A stretch of 64,000 nt of DNA, taken from positions 432 through 64,431 of the forward strand of contig JARLHP010000198.1 of assembly GCA_031292195.1 (NCBI GenBank). Direction: 5' to 3'. Both the position numbers and the translations under genes were made by a program. The notes under the pieces are model-generated. The model was not told where the DNA came from. It was given only the letters and a program-made list of their open reading frames with translations, and did not search any database. Positions 43,911-53,639 of the stretch are shown in pieces. Every line of letters starts with the position of its first letter. Positions within the stretch are counted from its first letter, which is position 1. Source of the DNA: Syntrophobacteraceae bacterium. Lineage in GTDB: Bacteria > Desulfobacterota > Syntrophobacteria > Syntrophobacterales > Syntrophobacteraceae.

Positions 43911-45316
43911 TCAAAATGCAAGAAATTGCATTCCCACACACTTCCAAATGAAATATGGCTCAAATAGGTATTTCTTCCGTCTGCGCCACAGCATTACCAA
44001 GTCGACCTTCAGTATTCGAGATGCCTCTTCAATGGACCTGGTGGAGGCCAGTACGCGCCGTGTGTGCAACACTTCTATTTTTTCCAGTGGAACAGGATCG
44101 CCCGGATTGGGCTGTTTTGCGACTAAATCGGGGTTTGCGGAAAAATGGTCGATCTCTATTTGCGGTCCCTTACACAGGAGCACCGCCCGCTCGATGGTGT
44201 TTCGAAGTTCGCGCACGTTCCCCGGCCAATCGTGCCTCATGAGCGCCTCAGCTGTCCCGCTGGTAAAACCCATTGTCTGACTGTGAGTCTGTTTTGAATA
44301 AAATGCGAGGAAGCTCTGTGCAAGTGGCAGTATGTCCTCTTTGCGCTCCCTGAGAGGCGGGACCATTATTCCAACGGCATTTAGCCCGTCGAAAAGGTCT
44401 TGCCGCAGTCTGCCCGCTTTGGCGCCGGATTCCAGGTCTGCGTTCGTTGTGATGATGATCCGCACATCCGCTTCCAATGCAATGGAATCACCCACCCGCT
44501 CGTATTTTTTTCCTTGAGGAAACGCAGCAATTTTTCCTGAACTGATAGAGACAGTTCTGCGATCTCATCGAGAAGGAGGGCGCCGCCCTGACAGGAAAAA
44601 ATAAGGCCGGGATAATCGAGCATAACAGCCTCGAACGGTCCTTTTGCGTGACCAAAAAGCTCCCTTTCACACATTTCCGCCGATAGATACCGGCAGGCTA
44701 TGGTTTTAAAAGGCCTTGCCGACCTGTTGCTCCAGGAATGGATCAAACGGGCAAGCATGCTCTTTCCAGTACCGCTCTCACCTCGAATCAGTACGGTCGC
44801 CTCGCTGTCCGCAAGTTGTCGGGCCTGGACCAATACCCGCTGCATGGTAATGCTCGAACTCTCCAGCATCACTTCCGGAACGGTCTCATCATAGATTTGC
44901 TGAAGCGCCGAAATTTTTTGTTCCAATGCTCGAACTTCCGCCACCCTGTGGATGACGTGCGCTGCCTGATGATGGGTGAACGGTTTTGTGAGATAATCGA
45001 AGGCGCCGCTTTTCGTGGCCTCGATAACACTGCCCGTCGATGTGTGGGGTGCGCAAACCACCAGCTTTATCCAAGGATTTTTGGCCCTGAATATCGTTAT
45101 TGGGTCTAGGCCGGACTTCGTTAGAAGGCGCAAATCGATGAATGCAAGATCGAAATATCGCCTGCCGGCTTCAGCCAACGCATCTTCAGTGCTGCCGGAG
45201 GCTACAACCGAATGGCCCTCCGCTTCAAGAAGAGCCAAAAGTGTCCTGCGAATTCCGGGCTCCTCATCGACCACCAAGACGGATAAGTGTGGGTTACCTC
45301 GAGCGGGATTGTCCAT
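43911..45316 (-). pseudogene. NtrC-family sigma-54-dependent response regulator, frame broken at an A7 run (44505-44511)
   Basis: Track ORF 44381..45316 carries REC (VLVVDEEP...FIDLRL...) and the AAA+ start (VLIRGESGTGKS...GGALLLDEI...LRFLKEK). Track ORF 43911..44495 carries the rest (ERVGDSIALEADVRIIITTN...WPGNVRELRN...HTH). One extra A would restore LRFLKEKKYERVGDS. This could be a genuine mutation, phase variation or a homopolymer sequencing error. Confidence 0.85.
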
Positions 45317-45429
45317 TTGACTTCCTTGCTGCCTGGCAAATTGAAGGAACGTCAGGCCAGGAACAACAGAGCGTTCGGATATTTTCGCCGTGAAACTTTC
45401 CTCGATGCTTTTAAAGTCACCAGTAAGAA

Positions 45430-45445
45430 TGCAAGCATTGTGCCA
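45430..45445 (-). promoter_or_regulatory. Sigma-54 promoter upstream of the NtrC-family regulator
   Basis: Minus strand is TGGCACaatgcTTGCA, a perfect match to the TGGCAC-N5-TTGCA consensus, about 115 nt upstream of ATG 45316. Confidence 0.7.
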
Positions 45446-45722
45446 TCTCGTCTTTAAGGAGATAACAGCTCTAGATTTCGATTAAATTGGGCGGAAGGAC
45501 AGAATAGCGAAGCTCTCCCCCCTAAGGAGACTGCAATTTGAAATCTTCTCATCAAACACTCTCCATCACTCCCAAAATGGTTTTCTTCCGGAAACCCGAT
45601 CCGACTCCGGAGGAAAGTCGCCAGGACTTTATTGTGGCCGATCTTCGGCTTACCTTATGCTATGGAGTAAGTTATCCGGAACCGGCATCAAGGAAAAAGG
45701 CTGGAACAGAAGGGGCGAAAAA

Positions 45723-47051
45723 ATGGCGGGCAATACGACCAATTATTTGAGGCCCAATTATTCCATGCCTGACGCGCTGGTTCTGGGTGCGGGCATAACC
45801 GGTGTCACCACGGCCTATCTTCTGGCCAGGGCGGGGTTGGACGTCCAGGTCATAGACCGCGGGGCGGAGCCGGCCCTGGGGACCACCTACGCCAACGGCG
45901 CTCAGATATCGGCCTCGCATGCCGAACCCTGGGCACACCCCGGCGCGCCCCGGCAAGTGCTCGAGTGGCTGACTGAAAAAGACAGCCCCCTCTATTTTTC
46001 TCCCCGACTCGACTGGCGCCAATGGGTGTGGCTCATCGCATGGCTCCGGCAATGCCGGAAATCGGCCGCCGATCGCAACACCCTCGAAATCATGAAGATC
46101 GCTCTTCGATCCAGAGAACTTTACCGGCAGGTCCGGGAATTTGAAATAATCGATTATGCACAAAAGTCGCTCGGCATACTCCACTTTTACCGAAAGTCCG
46201 GCGAATTCAAAAATGCCAGGCGAGTTGCGGAACTAATGTCGGCGAACGGCTGTCGCCGCAGGGCGGTGACAAAGGAGGAAATCGATTCCATCGAACCGGC
46301 GCTCGCCCAAAACCGGGACATTATAGGAGGCATATATACAGAAGACGACGAATCGGGCGACGCTCGCCTCTTTACCCGGGCCCTGGCCCGAGTCTGCGAG
46401 CAAAAATACCGCGTCCGCTTTCTTTTTGGCGCCAATATCGAAAACCTGGTATCGGGCGGAAACCAGATCCACGAAGCTCAGATCACCAGGGCTGACGGCT
46501 CCATGGATTTTATCCGGGCCAACCATTTTGTCCTGTGCCTGGGCCCTTGGTCGCCTTTTATGGCGGCAAAACTGTCCATTTTTTTAAACATCTACCCGGC
46601 CAAGGGCTACAGCATAAGCACGCCCCTCGATAAAACCACCGAACGACATGCGCCGCGCGTCTCCCTGACCGACGATGAAAACAAGATCGTTTACAGCAAC
46701 CTGGAGACTCACCTCCGTGTGGCGGGTACCGCTGAACTTGCCGGCTGGGACCTATCCCTTCACTACCATCGCATCAGGCCCCTGGTCGAGAAGGCTGCCA
46801 AACTTTTTCCCGGTGTCTTTTCGAACCTGGATTGGCGCGACCCGACCCGGGTGCTTGCCACCCTTCACCCCTGGACGGGCCTTCGTCCGGCCACCCCTTC
46901 CAACCTGCCCTATGTGGGAAAACGGACAGAATTTCGCAACCTCTGGCTAAACACCGGCCACGGCACCCTCGGCTGGACTATGGGAATGGCTACGGCGGAA
47001 ATGGTGGCGAAAATGATAACCGGTGAAATACCCGCCCAAATGGCTGCATAA
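45723..47051 (+). CDS. FAD-dependent oxidoreductase of the D-amino-acid dehydrogenase (DadA) family
   Basis: ALVLGAGITGVTTAYLLARAG..V.VIDR dinucleotide-binding motif, DadA-like body, and C-terminal NTGHGTLGWTM. Start is ATG 45723 or 45765. Confidence 0.8.
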   Translation: MAGNTTNYLRPNYSMPDALVLGAGITGVTTAYLLARAGLDVQVIDRGAEPALGTTYANGAQISASHAEPWAHPGAPRQVLEWLTEKDSPLYFSPRLDWRQWVWLIAWLRQCRKSAADRNTLEIMKIALRSRELYRQVREFEIIDYAQKSLGILHFYRKSGEFKNARRVAELMSANGCRRRAVTKEEIDSIEPALAQNRDIIGGIYTEDDESGDARLFTRALARVCEQKYRVRFLFGANIENLVSGGNQIHEAQITRADGSMDFIRANHFVLCLGPWSPFMAAKLSIFLNIYPAKGYSISTPLDKTTERHAPRVSLTDDENKIVYSNLETHLRVAGTAELAGWDLSLHYHRIRPLVEKAAKLFPGVFSNLDWRDPTRVLATLHPWTGLRPATPSNLPYVGKRTEFRNLWLNTGHGTLGWTMGMATAEMVAKMITGEIPAQMAA

Positions 47052-47162
47052 AGAATGGCCGCCCCGCGATCCGGGTCCCCTGGGGGTGCGGGAGGCTCTC
47101 TTCATGCTCTTCGTGGCTCTTCGTGCTCTTCGTGGGAATCCTTTTTTCGCCTTTATAGGGCC

Positions 47163-47780
47163 TCAAAGCACCGGAAGAAATCTCGGGAGTTCCCCTTTAG
47201 AGTTCATGCAAAGGAGCCGGGGGCCGAAATTATCGATTGAAATTATGCTGACCGAAACAAGGCTGATTTCGAGTCTCGTGACAAAATCCAGCGGAATGCC
47301 GGTATAGTGCGCCAGAGCGGCTTTTATCGGATCGGCGTGGCTAAAGATCGCCACAACCCCCGCAGGGTATTTTCCCCGAATTTTTTCAATCCCCGTGACC
47401 ATTCTCTGCTGCACTTCCACCATGAGTTCTCCTCCCGGCGGCCTTGTTCCTGTCCGGAATACGTTGTAGCGCTGCCACAGGGGATCCTCCAAGAGTTCCT
47501 CGAACTCCCGCCCGCTCCAGTCTCCGATTTCTATCTCGGAGAATTCCTCCCTTTTCTCAATTTCAAGTCCCAGGCTCACGGCAAGGGGTTGAGCCGTCTC
47601 GACCGTCCTCTCCATGGGGCTGGAGACGATTGCCTCCACATTCATGGCCGAAAGCCGCTCCACAAGACCCTCGGCCTCAACCTTTCCCTGTTCGTCGAGG
47701 TGAATGCCCGGCATCCTTCCCGTGGCGCGCTTTCCGACGGCAGGGTTGCTGCCGTGACGTATCAAAAGAATAATGCACAT
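47163..47780 (-). CDS. Histidine phosphatase (phosphoglycerate-mutase-like) family protein
   Basis: LLIRHG catalytic motif at the N-terminus, ...SSPMERTVETA..., ...FSHADPI. Confidence 0.8.
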   Translation of the reverse strand: MCIILLIRHGSNPAVGKRATGRMPGIHLDEQGKVEAEGLVERLSAMNVEAIVSSPMERTVETAQPLAVSLGLEIEKREEFSEIEIGDWSGREFEELLEDPLWQRYNVFRTGTRPPGGELMVEVQQRMVTGIEKIRGKYPAGVVAIFSHADPIKAALAHYTGIPLDFVTRLEISLVSVSIISIDNFGPRLLCMNSKGELPRFLPVL

Positions 47781-48558
47781 ATATGACGCCCCGCTTCCAG
47801 CCCATCAGTTCCCGGATAAATTTTTCCGATTCCTCGGCCCTGTGGATCGATGTGTGTTTTTCGAGTATTCTCGCCCTGGCCCGTTTGGCAATTTCCGCCC
47901 TTTCCCTCTCCCCCCATTTCCAGCAGGTAATTCATCGTCTCTTCGGCCGAGGTGGAAATCAGGCACCGGCTTTTCGCCGAGTGTGCGCCTTGGGCAAAAG
48001 ACCTTAATTTGAATACTGTCTGCTTGCTGGAACTGCTGCCAACCCGTGGCAAGAGAGACACCCGATATGCGCCAAAAAGTAACAATCATTGACCGCGTGT
48101 CCATACCCGGGACTCTAATTTCGGATCGGAAATTTATCCGCTGATACCCGCCACCGGCCGATCTGCCCGCCGGCGCAGCCTGTCGGGCAGATCGGGGCTT
48201 GGCAAGTGGTCAGCGACGACACGCCGCGCCAGGAGGCAACAGGGTTGCCTTATACAGCATTGCCGGTATTTTTGCGAAATTAGCCCGTTACATAAATTTT
48301 CAATAGTGATATCCGCTTGTTGACTAATTCGAATCAATGGCTCCTCGCCCCCGTCATGATTACTGTCAAGAAGTGGCGTCAAGGCACATTGCCCTTTAGG
48401 CGATCGAATTCCCAACAATCAATTTTTACGCCACAACAATATCCTTAAGAAAGCGTAAGGTTACTCTTTGGCTCTAATGCGCTGCTTTAACATTTTCACC
48501 GGCAAACCATCCCAAATCGGTACCCGTCCAAGCGGGGACGATGATAGGAGGCTGATTT

Positions 48559-49527
48559 ATGTCCACACCGGCAAAATTTCAAAATTTTGATGGCAAGAAG
48601 ATGAAGTTTTCGAACCATGGAAAAGGAGCGGAAGACCTCCCGACGAAAAATTACCAGGGGCCGAATCAATCGCTTGTTCTTGACCCATTGCGCCTTTACC
48701 TTCGGGAGGTAAAGCGTTATCGACTGCTTTCCCGCGAAGAGGTGACCAACCTGGCCATCCGCTATCGCGAAAAGGGCGATATGGAGGCGGGCTACAAGAT
48801 GATTTGTGCAAATCTCAGGCTGGTTGTCAAAATCGCCATGGATTTCCAGCTATACTGGATTCAAAACCTGATGGACCTCACACAGGAAGGCAACATCGGG
48901 TTGATACAGGCCCTAAGGAAATTCGATCCCTACAGGGGATATAAATTCTCCTACTATGCTTCGTTCTGGATCAAGGCTTACATAATCAAGTTCATCATGG
49001 ATAACTGGAAACTGGTAAAAATTGGCACCACCCTGGCGCAGCGGAAGCTCTTTTTCAATCTGCGCAAGGAAGAGGAGCGACTCGAAACCCAGGGTATCAC
49101 CGCCTCTCCCCGACTGCTCAGCCATCGTCTGAATGTCAAAGAGTGGGAGATTATTGAAATGGATCAGAGGCTCAATAATCGGGAAGTATCTCTGGACAGC
49201 CCGCTAAAGGAAGACACGGAGGACACTTACTTGTCTTTTCTGCCTTCCGAGGACCTGCCGGTCGATGATCAATTGGCGGACCGGGAGGCCGGGGCGATTT
49301 TTCATGGCAAGCTGCAGCTTTTTAGAAAGCAGCTCGAAGGCAAGGACGCGGTAATATTCGACAGCAGGCTTCTAGCCGAAACTCCGTTGACCCTGCAGGA
49401 AATCGGCAGCAAACTGGGGATCAGCCGGGAGCGGGTGCGCCAGATCGAAAGCCGTCTCAAAAAAAGGCTCAAGGATTACCTGGAAGAGGAAATCGAACAG
49501 AGAGACCTCCCGGAGAGCCTCGTTTGA
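48559..49527 (+). CDS. rpoH: RNA polymerase sigma-32 (heat-shock sigma factor)
   Basis: Sigma-70 regions 2-4 plus the RpoH box QRKLFFNLRK. Confidence 0.85.
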   Translation: MSTPAKFQNFDGKKMKFSNHGKGAEDLPTKNYQGPNQSLVLDPLRLYLREVKRYRLLSREEVTNLAIRYREKGDMEAGYKMICANLRLVVKIAMDFQLYWIQNLMDLTQEGNIGLIQALRKFDPYRGYKFSYYASFWIKAYIIKFIMDNWKLVKIGTTLAQRKLFFNLRKEEERLETQGITASPRLLSHRLNVKEWEIIEMDQRLNNREVSLDSPLKEDTEDTYLSFLPSEDLPVDDQLADREAGAIFHGKLQLFRKQLEGKDAVIFDSRLLAETPLTLQEIGSKLGISRERVRQIESRLKKRLKDYLEEEIEQRDLPESLV

Positions 49528-49948
49528 AAAACCTAACTCTTGCCAACCAAAAGTTTCAACGCCCCCGGGAAATGGCTGGCAGAGAGCCGGCCTCTCCAGA
49601 GTTTTTCACCAATGCTAAAGAAAGCCGGGAAACTCATTACCAAATCCTGCCTGCTTTCGGGTGGGCGGTTGACCCAAAACAAAATCCCCCGCTCTCTTGA
49701 CAGTCCCTGCCTCAGGTCATATCAAAAGCGCATAAGACACCGCTCCACCGAGCGGCGTCGCGGACCCGGACTCCCCCTTTTCCCGGAGGAGATCGACTGC
49801 ATTTCGTTTTCGGTTTGACCTTCTTACGTTCTAGCGCATCGTGCGCGGCTTTAATCTTTTTGACGCAGTTATGTTCACCCATGCCAATTTCCAGAACTCA
49901 CAGATCAGTGGAGTCGGTTTTGGCGGAAGAGTCGCTGAGAGCTGGACT

Positions 49949-51922
49949 ATGTCGGTCGCCAGGGCGGATCACATGCACTCACTTCGGGATTCCATAGGGC
50001 CGATATTGGAGGACGTGAGGGAAGCGATCTTGGCGCAACAGTCCGAGGACGGTAGCTGGCGCTATCTACTCGAGGGCTCCGTCCTGGCCAATGCTTACTA
50101 CATCCTGGTAGAGGCCCTTTTCCCCCCCGCGGACAAAACGCTTATCGAACGGCTGGCCAGGTCGATAGAACGTCGGCAACTTCCCAATGGCGGCTTTGGT
50201 CTCTTTCCGGAACATCCGGGCGATTTCAGCACCACGATTGAAGCCTATCTTGCTTTGCGCCTGGCGGGGCGCGCCCCAGACGCGCAGAGCGTCATCCGGG
50301 CGGAAAGGTTCCTTTCCGCGACCCGCCATGGGAGCGATCTGTCCAATTTGACGCGGGTAACGCTGGCCATCCTGGGTGTAATTCCCTGGTCTGCCGTACC
50401 GGTTCTGCCCCCCGAAATCATGATGCTATCGGGCAAGGCCCCTTTGAGCATTTATGATCTGGCAAGCTTCACCCGTGTGCATATGCCGGCCATTATGCTC
50501 CTTGCAGCCTCCAATGCCAGCAGTGAGTTTCGCCTCGCCTCGGAAATCGGGTCCCTGCTCGCTCAACACCATTTTCGGCCGGCGCCCTGTTTTCATCCCC
50601 GACTGGGCCGTGTCGATCGGCTGGTAAGGCCGCTTACCAAATGGATTGCCGGCCTTAGCCGCGCGGCAGGGGCTCGACAACGCTCCATGGAGTTATGCCG
50701 CCGCTTTATTCATGACCGGCTGGAGGAGGACGGCACACTGGGAAGTTATTTGCTCTCCACTATATTCTCGATGTTTGCGCTCTCTTTGCTCGGCCGGCCG
50801 GAGGATGCGCAAGCCGTGCGATTCATGAAGGCGGGTCTTAAAAGCTTCACCGTCGAGCAAAAAGGCGAATTACACATGCAGCCGTGTACTTCCGCTGTTT
50901 GGGATACGGCGCTAAACGTCGCGGCTTTGCGGCAACTGGGCGTCCCGGACCATCACCCGGCGCTGGTCAGGTCGGTCGATTGGCTTCTCGACCGCGAGAT
51001 CACGGTATTCCCGGACCTGTGGCAACAATCACCCAAAATGGGCGGAAGCGCCTGGGGATTTCAGGCCGTTAATCGCTTCTATCCCGATGTCGACGATACC
51101 TGTGCGGTCCTCACCGCCATCAGGGACTTCCAGGGGTCGCTCAGTGTGCGGGCCAGTCGGGCTTTTGCCAGGGGGGTCGACTGGGTCTTCGCCATGCAAA
51201 ATCGGGATGGCGGCTTTAGCGCTTTTGATGTGAACAACTCCAAGCAATTTCTGGAGAGGCTGGCCTTTAACGATATGGGCCGGGCCATGATAGACCCCAG
51301 CTCGGCCGACATGACCGGCCGCACCGTCATGTTCCTAAGCGATCTAAACGACGCGCGGGCTGCCGGGTCGATTCGAAGGGGCCTCGGCTGGCTCGACACC
51401 CACCAGGAAAAAGACGGGTCGTGGTGGGGACGCTGGGGAATCAGCTTCATTTATGGGACCTGGGCGGCTCTGCTTGGCTACGCCGCCGCCGGGGTGAAGC
51501 CCTGTGGCAGCAAAGCCGCCAAAAGAGGTTGTGAGTGGCTGCGCTCGGTGCAAAACGCTGACGGGGGCTGGGGAGAATCATGCCATTCGGACCTCGAAGG
51601 CTGTTTCATGCCCCGCTCCGAGAGCACGCCTTCACAGACCGCATGGGCGCTGGACGGTTTGCTTGCCTCGGGCTGTCGCCCCCAGGCGCAACCCGTAAGG
51701 CGCGGACTCGAGTTTCTGATCGAACGGTATCGGCCGGGCAGGGGCTGGGAGGAAAATTATCCGACAGGGGCCGGATTCGCAGGCAAACTATACCTCATTT
51801 ATCACAACTACGGGAACCTGTGGCCGACAATGGCTCTTTTGCGGGCCGGCCGCATTCTGGGGATTCCGCTGTCCTCGCCTGAAGCCGATCCAATACGGTT
51901 GAACCAATGCGCGGCCTTATAA
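49949..51922 (+). CDS. shc: Squalene-hopene cyclase
   Basis: Catalytic DVDDTC (DxDD) motif and repeated QW motifs (QSEDGSW, QNRDGGF, QEKDGSWWGRWG, QNADGGWGE). Start is uncertain (ATG 49949 or 49973); the track start 49841 looks too long. Confidence 0.9.
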   Translation: MSVARADHMHSLRDSIGPILEDVREAILAQQSEDGSWRYLLEGSVLANAYYILVEALFPPADKTLIERLARSIERRQLPNGGFGLFPEHPGDFSTTIEAYLALRLAGRAPDAQSVIRAERFLSATRHGSDLSNLTRVTLAILGVIPWSAVPVLPPEIMMLSGKAPLSIYDLASFTRVHMPAIMLLAASNASSEFRLASEIGSLLAQHHFRPAPCFHPRLGRVDRLVRPLTKWIAGLSRAAGARQRSMELCRRFIHDRLEEDGTLGSYLLSTIFSMFALSLLGRPEDAQAVRFMKAGLKSFTVEQKGELHMQPCTSAVWDTALNVAALRQLGVPDHHPALVRSVDWLLDREITVFPDLWQQSPKMGGSAWGFQAVNRFYPDVDDTCAVLTAIRDFQGSLSVRASRAFARGVDWVFAMQNRDGGFSAFDVNNSKQFLERLAFNDMGRAMIDPSSADMTGRTVMFLSDLNDARAAGSIRRGLGWLDTHQEKDGSWWGRWGISFIYGTWAALLGYAAAGVKPCGSKAAKRGCEWLRSVQNADGGWGESCHSDLEGCFMPRSESTPSQTAWALDGLLASGCRPQAQPVRRGLEFLIERYRPGRGWEENYPTGAGFAGKLYLIYHNYGNLWPTMALLRAGRILGIPLSSPEADPIRLNQCAAL

Positions 51923-51989
51923 GAGTTGGTCGACCCGGGGACCCACTGGAACAGGAAGATTCCAGAAAATATTAGCTCAGGAGAAGATA

Positions 51990-53639
51990 ATGAACCTTCA
52001 AAAGACTGCCGCTTACCACATGCCCGGGCACGAGCGCCGGATATTGTGTGTATTTCCCCAGTACGGGACCTCCTTTGGGACCTTCAACTACTCCTTCCCC
52101 CTGACCACATCGGTCAAGGCCTTTATGCCTCCGCAGGGACTCCTTCTGGTGGCGGCGCTTCTACCGGAAAGCTGGGAGGTCCGGTTCATCGACGAAAACA
52201 ATGAACCCGCCGGCCCGGAGGATTTTCGCTGGGCCGATGCGGTGTTTACCTCCGGCATGCACATCCAGCGGGAAGCCATTCGCGATGTGATACACCGGGG
52301 ACACCGGGCCGGGAAATCGGTCATCTTGGGTGGCGCATCGGCCTCGGCCGCGCCCGAATGGTATCCGGAGGCCGACATCATCCATGCCGGAGAAGCCGGT
52401 GACGCCACCTTCAAGATTTTCGACATGATTGACCGGGACCCCTCCCGACCGCCCCAACAGGTGATCGTTCACACCTCCGAACGGCTCCTCATGACCGAGT
52501 ATCCCCCACCGGCCTATCATCTGATCGATTTATGCCAATATTTTCTTTGTTCCGTGCAATTTTCCAGCGGATGCCCCAACGTGTGCGAGTTTTGCGATGT
52601 CCCCATTCTCTATGGCCGCCGCCCGCGTCACAAGACCCCGGAGCAGGTGATTCGCGAACTCGATATCCTGGCGGCCGGCGGAGCACCTTCGGTGCACTTT
52701 CTGGACGACAATTTCTTCGGCGACCCGGAGGCCGCCCGGGAGTTGCTCCATGCACTGGTGGCATGGCAAGATAAATGGGACTGCCTGGTGCGGTTGTCTT
52801 TGGAGGCTACCCTGGAAATATCGCAGCACCCCGATCTTCTGGAGCTTTTGCAAAAAGCCTATTTCACCAACATATTTTGCGGGGTTGAAAGTCCTGACGC
52901 CGAAGCCCTGCGGGCCATAAAAAAATCCTTCAACACCAAGACCCCCATCCTGGAGGCCATCGACACGTTCAACCGGTTCGGCATGGAGGTCGCCGTAGGT
53001 CTCATCATGGGGTTCGATACGGACACACCGCAAACTCCACAGGTGCTGGCCGATTTTATCCGCGCCTCCCAGACTCCTGTCCACACCCTCAACATCCTCT
53101 ATGCCCTGCCCAAAACCCCCCTATACAACCGGCTCGAAAAGGCCGGCCGGATCGTTTCCGACCAGGGCCGCGACTCCAATGTCGAATTTTTAAGGCCCTA
53201 TGACGAGCTGATTGGCGATTGGCTCAATCTCATCTCGGAGGTCTACGAGCCCGAAGCGCTCTACCAGCGCTATGAGACCCAGACGGTCAAGACCTACCCC
53301 CATCGCCGGCGCCCGAAATTTCCATTGCGCCAGGTCACTCCACGCAATCTTCACCGCGGCCTTTCCATTTTCTCCCGGTTGATCTGGCAGGTGGGAATAC
53401 GCTCCGATTACCGCAGGGTCTTCTGGCGAATGTTTCGAAACCAGTTGCGCCAGGGCCTGATCGAAAACATCTTCCAGATAGCCCTGGTGGGCCACCATCT
53501 CATCATGTACAGCCGGGACACGGTCGCAGGCCGCATACACGCCTGCCACTTCGCGCCCCGGATCCGGTGGCAGGAATCTCAGGAAGACGGCCAGGGGAGC
53601 GCCCCATCAAGTGACGCGATGCCGTCTGCCCCGCAGTGA
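51990..53639 (+). CDS. B12-binding radical SAM protein with a DUF4070-type C-terminus; HpnP/HpnR-like hopanoid C-methylase candidate
   Basis: RILCVFPQYGTSFGTFNYSFPLT..VKAFMPPQGLLLVAALLP..WEVRFIDEN (B12-binding domain), QFSSGCPNVCEFCDVPILYGR (radical SAM cluster), ...CGVESPD.... Directly downstream of shc. The subfamily cannot be resolved by eye. Confidence 0.8.
   Translation: MNLQKTAAYHMPGHERRILCVFPQYGTSFGTFNYSFPLTTSVKAFMPPQGLLLVAALLPESWEVRFIDENNEPAGPEDFRWADAVFTSGMHIQREAIRDVIHRGHRAGKSVILGGASASAAPEWYPEADIIHAGEAGDATFKIFDMIDRDPSRPPQQVIVHTSERLLMTEYPPPAYHLIDLCQYFLCSVQFSSGCPNVCEFCDVPILYGRRPRHKTPEQVIRELDILAAGGAPSVHFLDDNFFGDPEAARELLHALVAWQDKWDCLVRLSLEATLEISQHPDLLELLQKAYFTNIFCGVESPDAEALRAIKKSFNTKTPILEAIDTFNRFGMEVAVGLIMGFDTDTPQTPQVLADFIRASQTPVHTLNILYALPKTPLYNRLEKAGRIVSDQGRDSNVEFLRPYDELIGDWLNLISEVYEPEALYQRYETQTVKTYPHRRRPKFPLRQVTPRNLHRGLSIFSRLIWQVGIRSDYRRVFWRMFRNQLRQGLIENIFQIALVGHHLIMYSRDTVAGRIHACHFAPRIRWQESQEDGQGSAPSSDAMPSAPQ

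Noticed and set aside
47786-48010. Possible C-terminal relic of a CgeB-like/group-1 glycosyltransferase on the minus strand (…ISTSAEETMNYLLEMGGE / ERAEIAKRARARILEKHTSIHRAEE…)
   Set aside because: Only ~60 residues spread over two frames, and the similarity is judged from memory of a loosely conserved tail. This is insufficient to annotate.
49696-49730. Recurrent TTGACAGTCC motif (also on the minus strand at 12216-12226 and about 40547-40556) as a special regulatory box
   Set aside because: This is most simply three ordinary -35 hexamers with weak -10 partners (TATCAA, AAAAAT). Three 10-mers are too few to argue for a dedicated motif without a genome-wide count.
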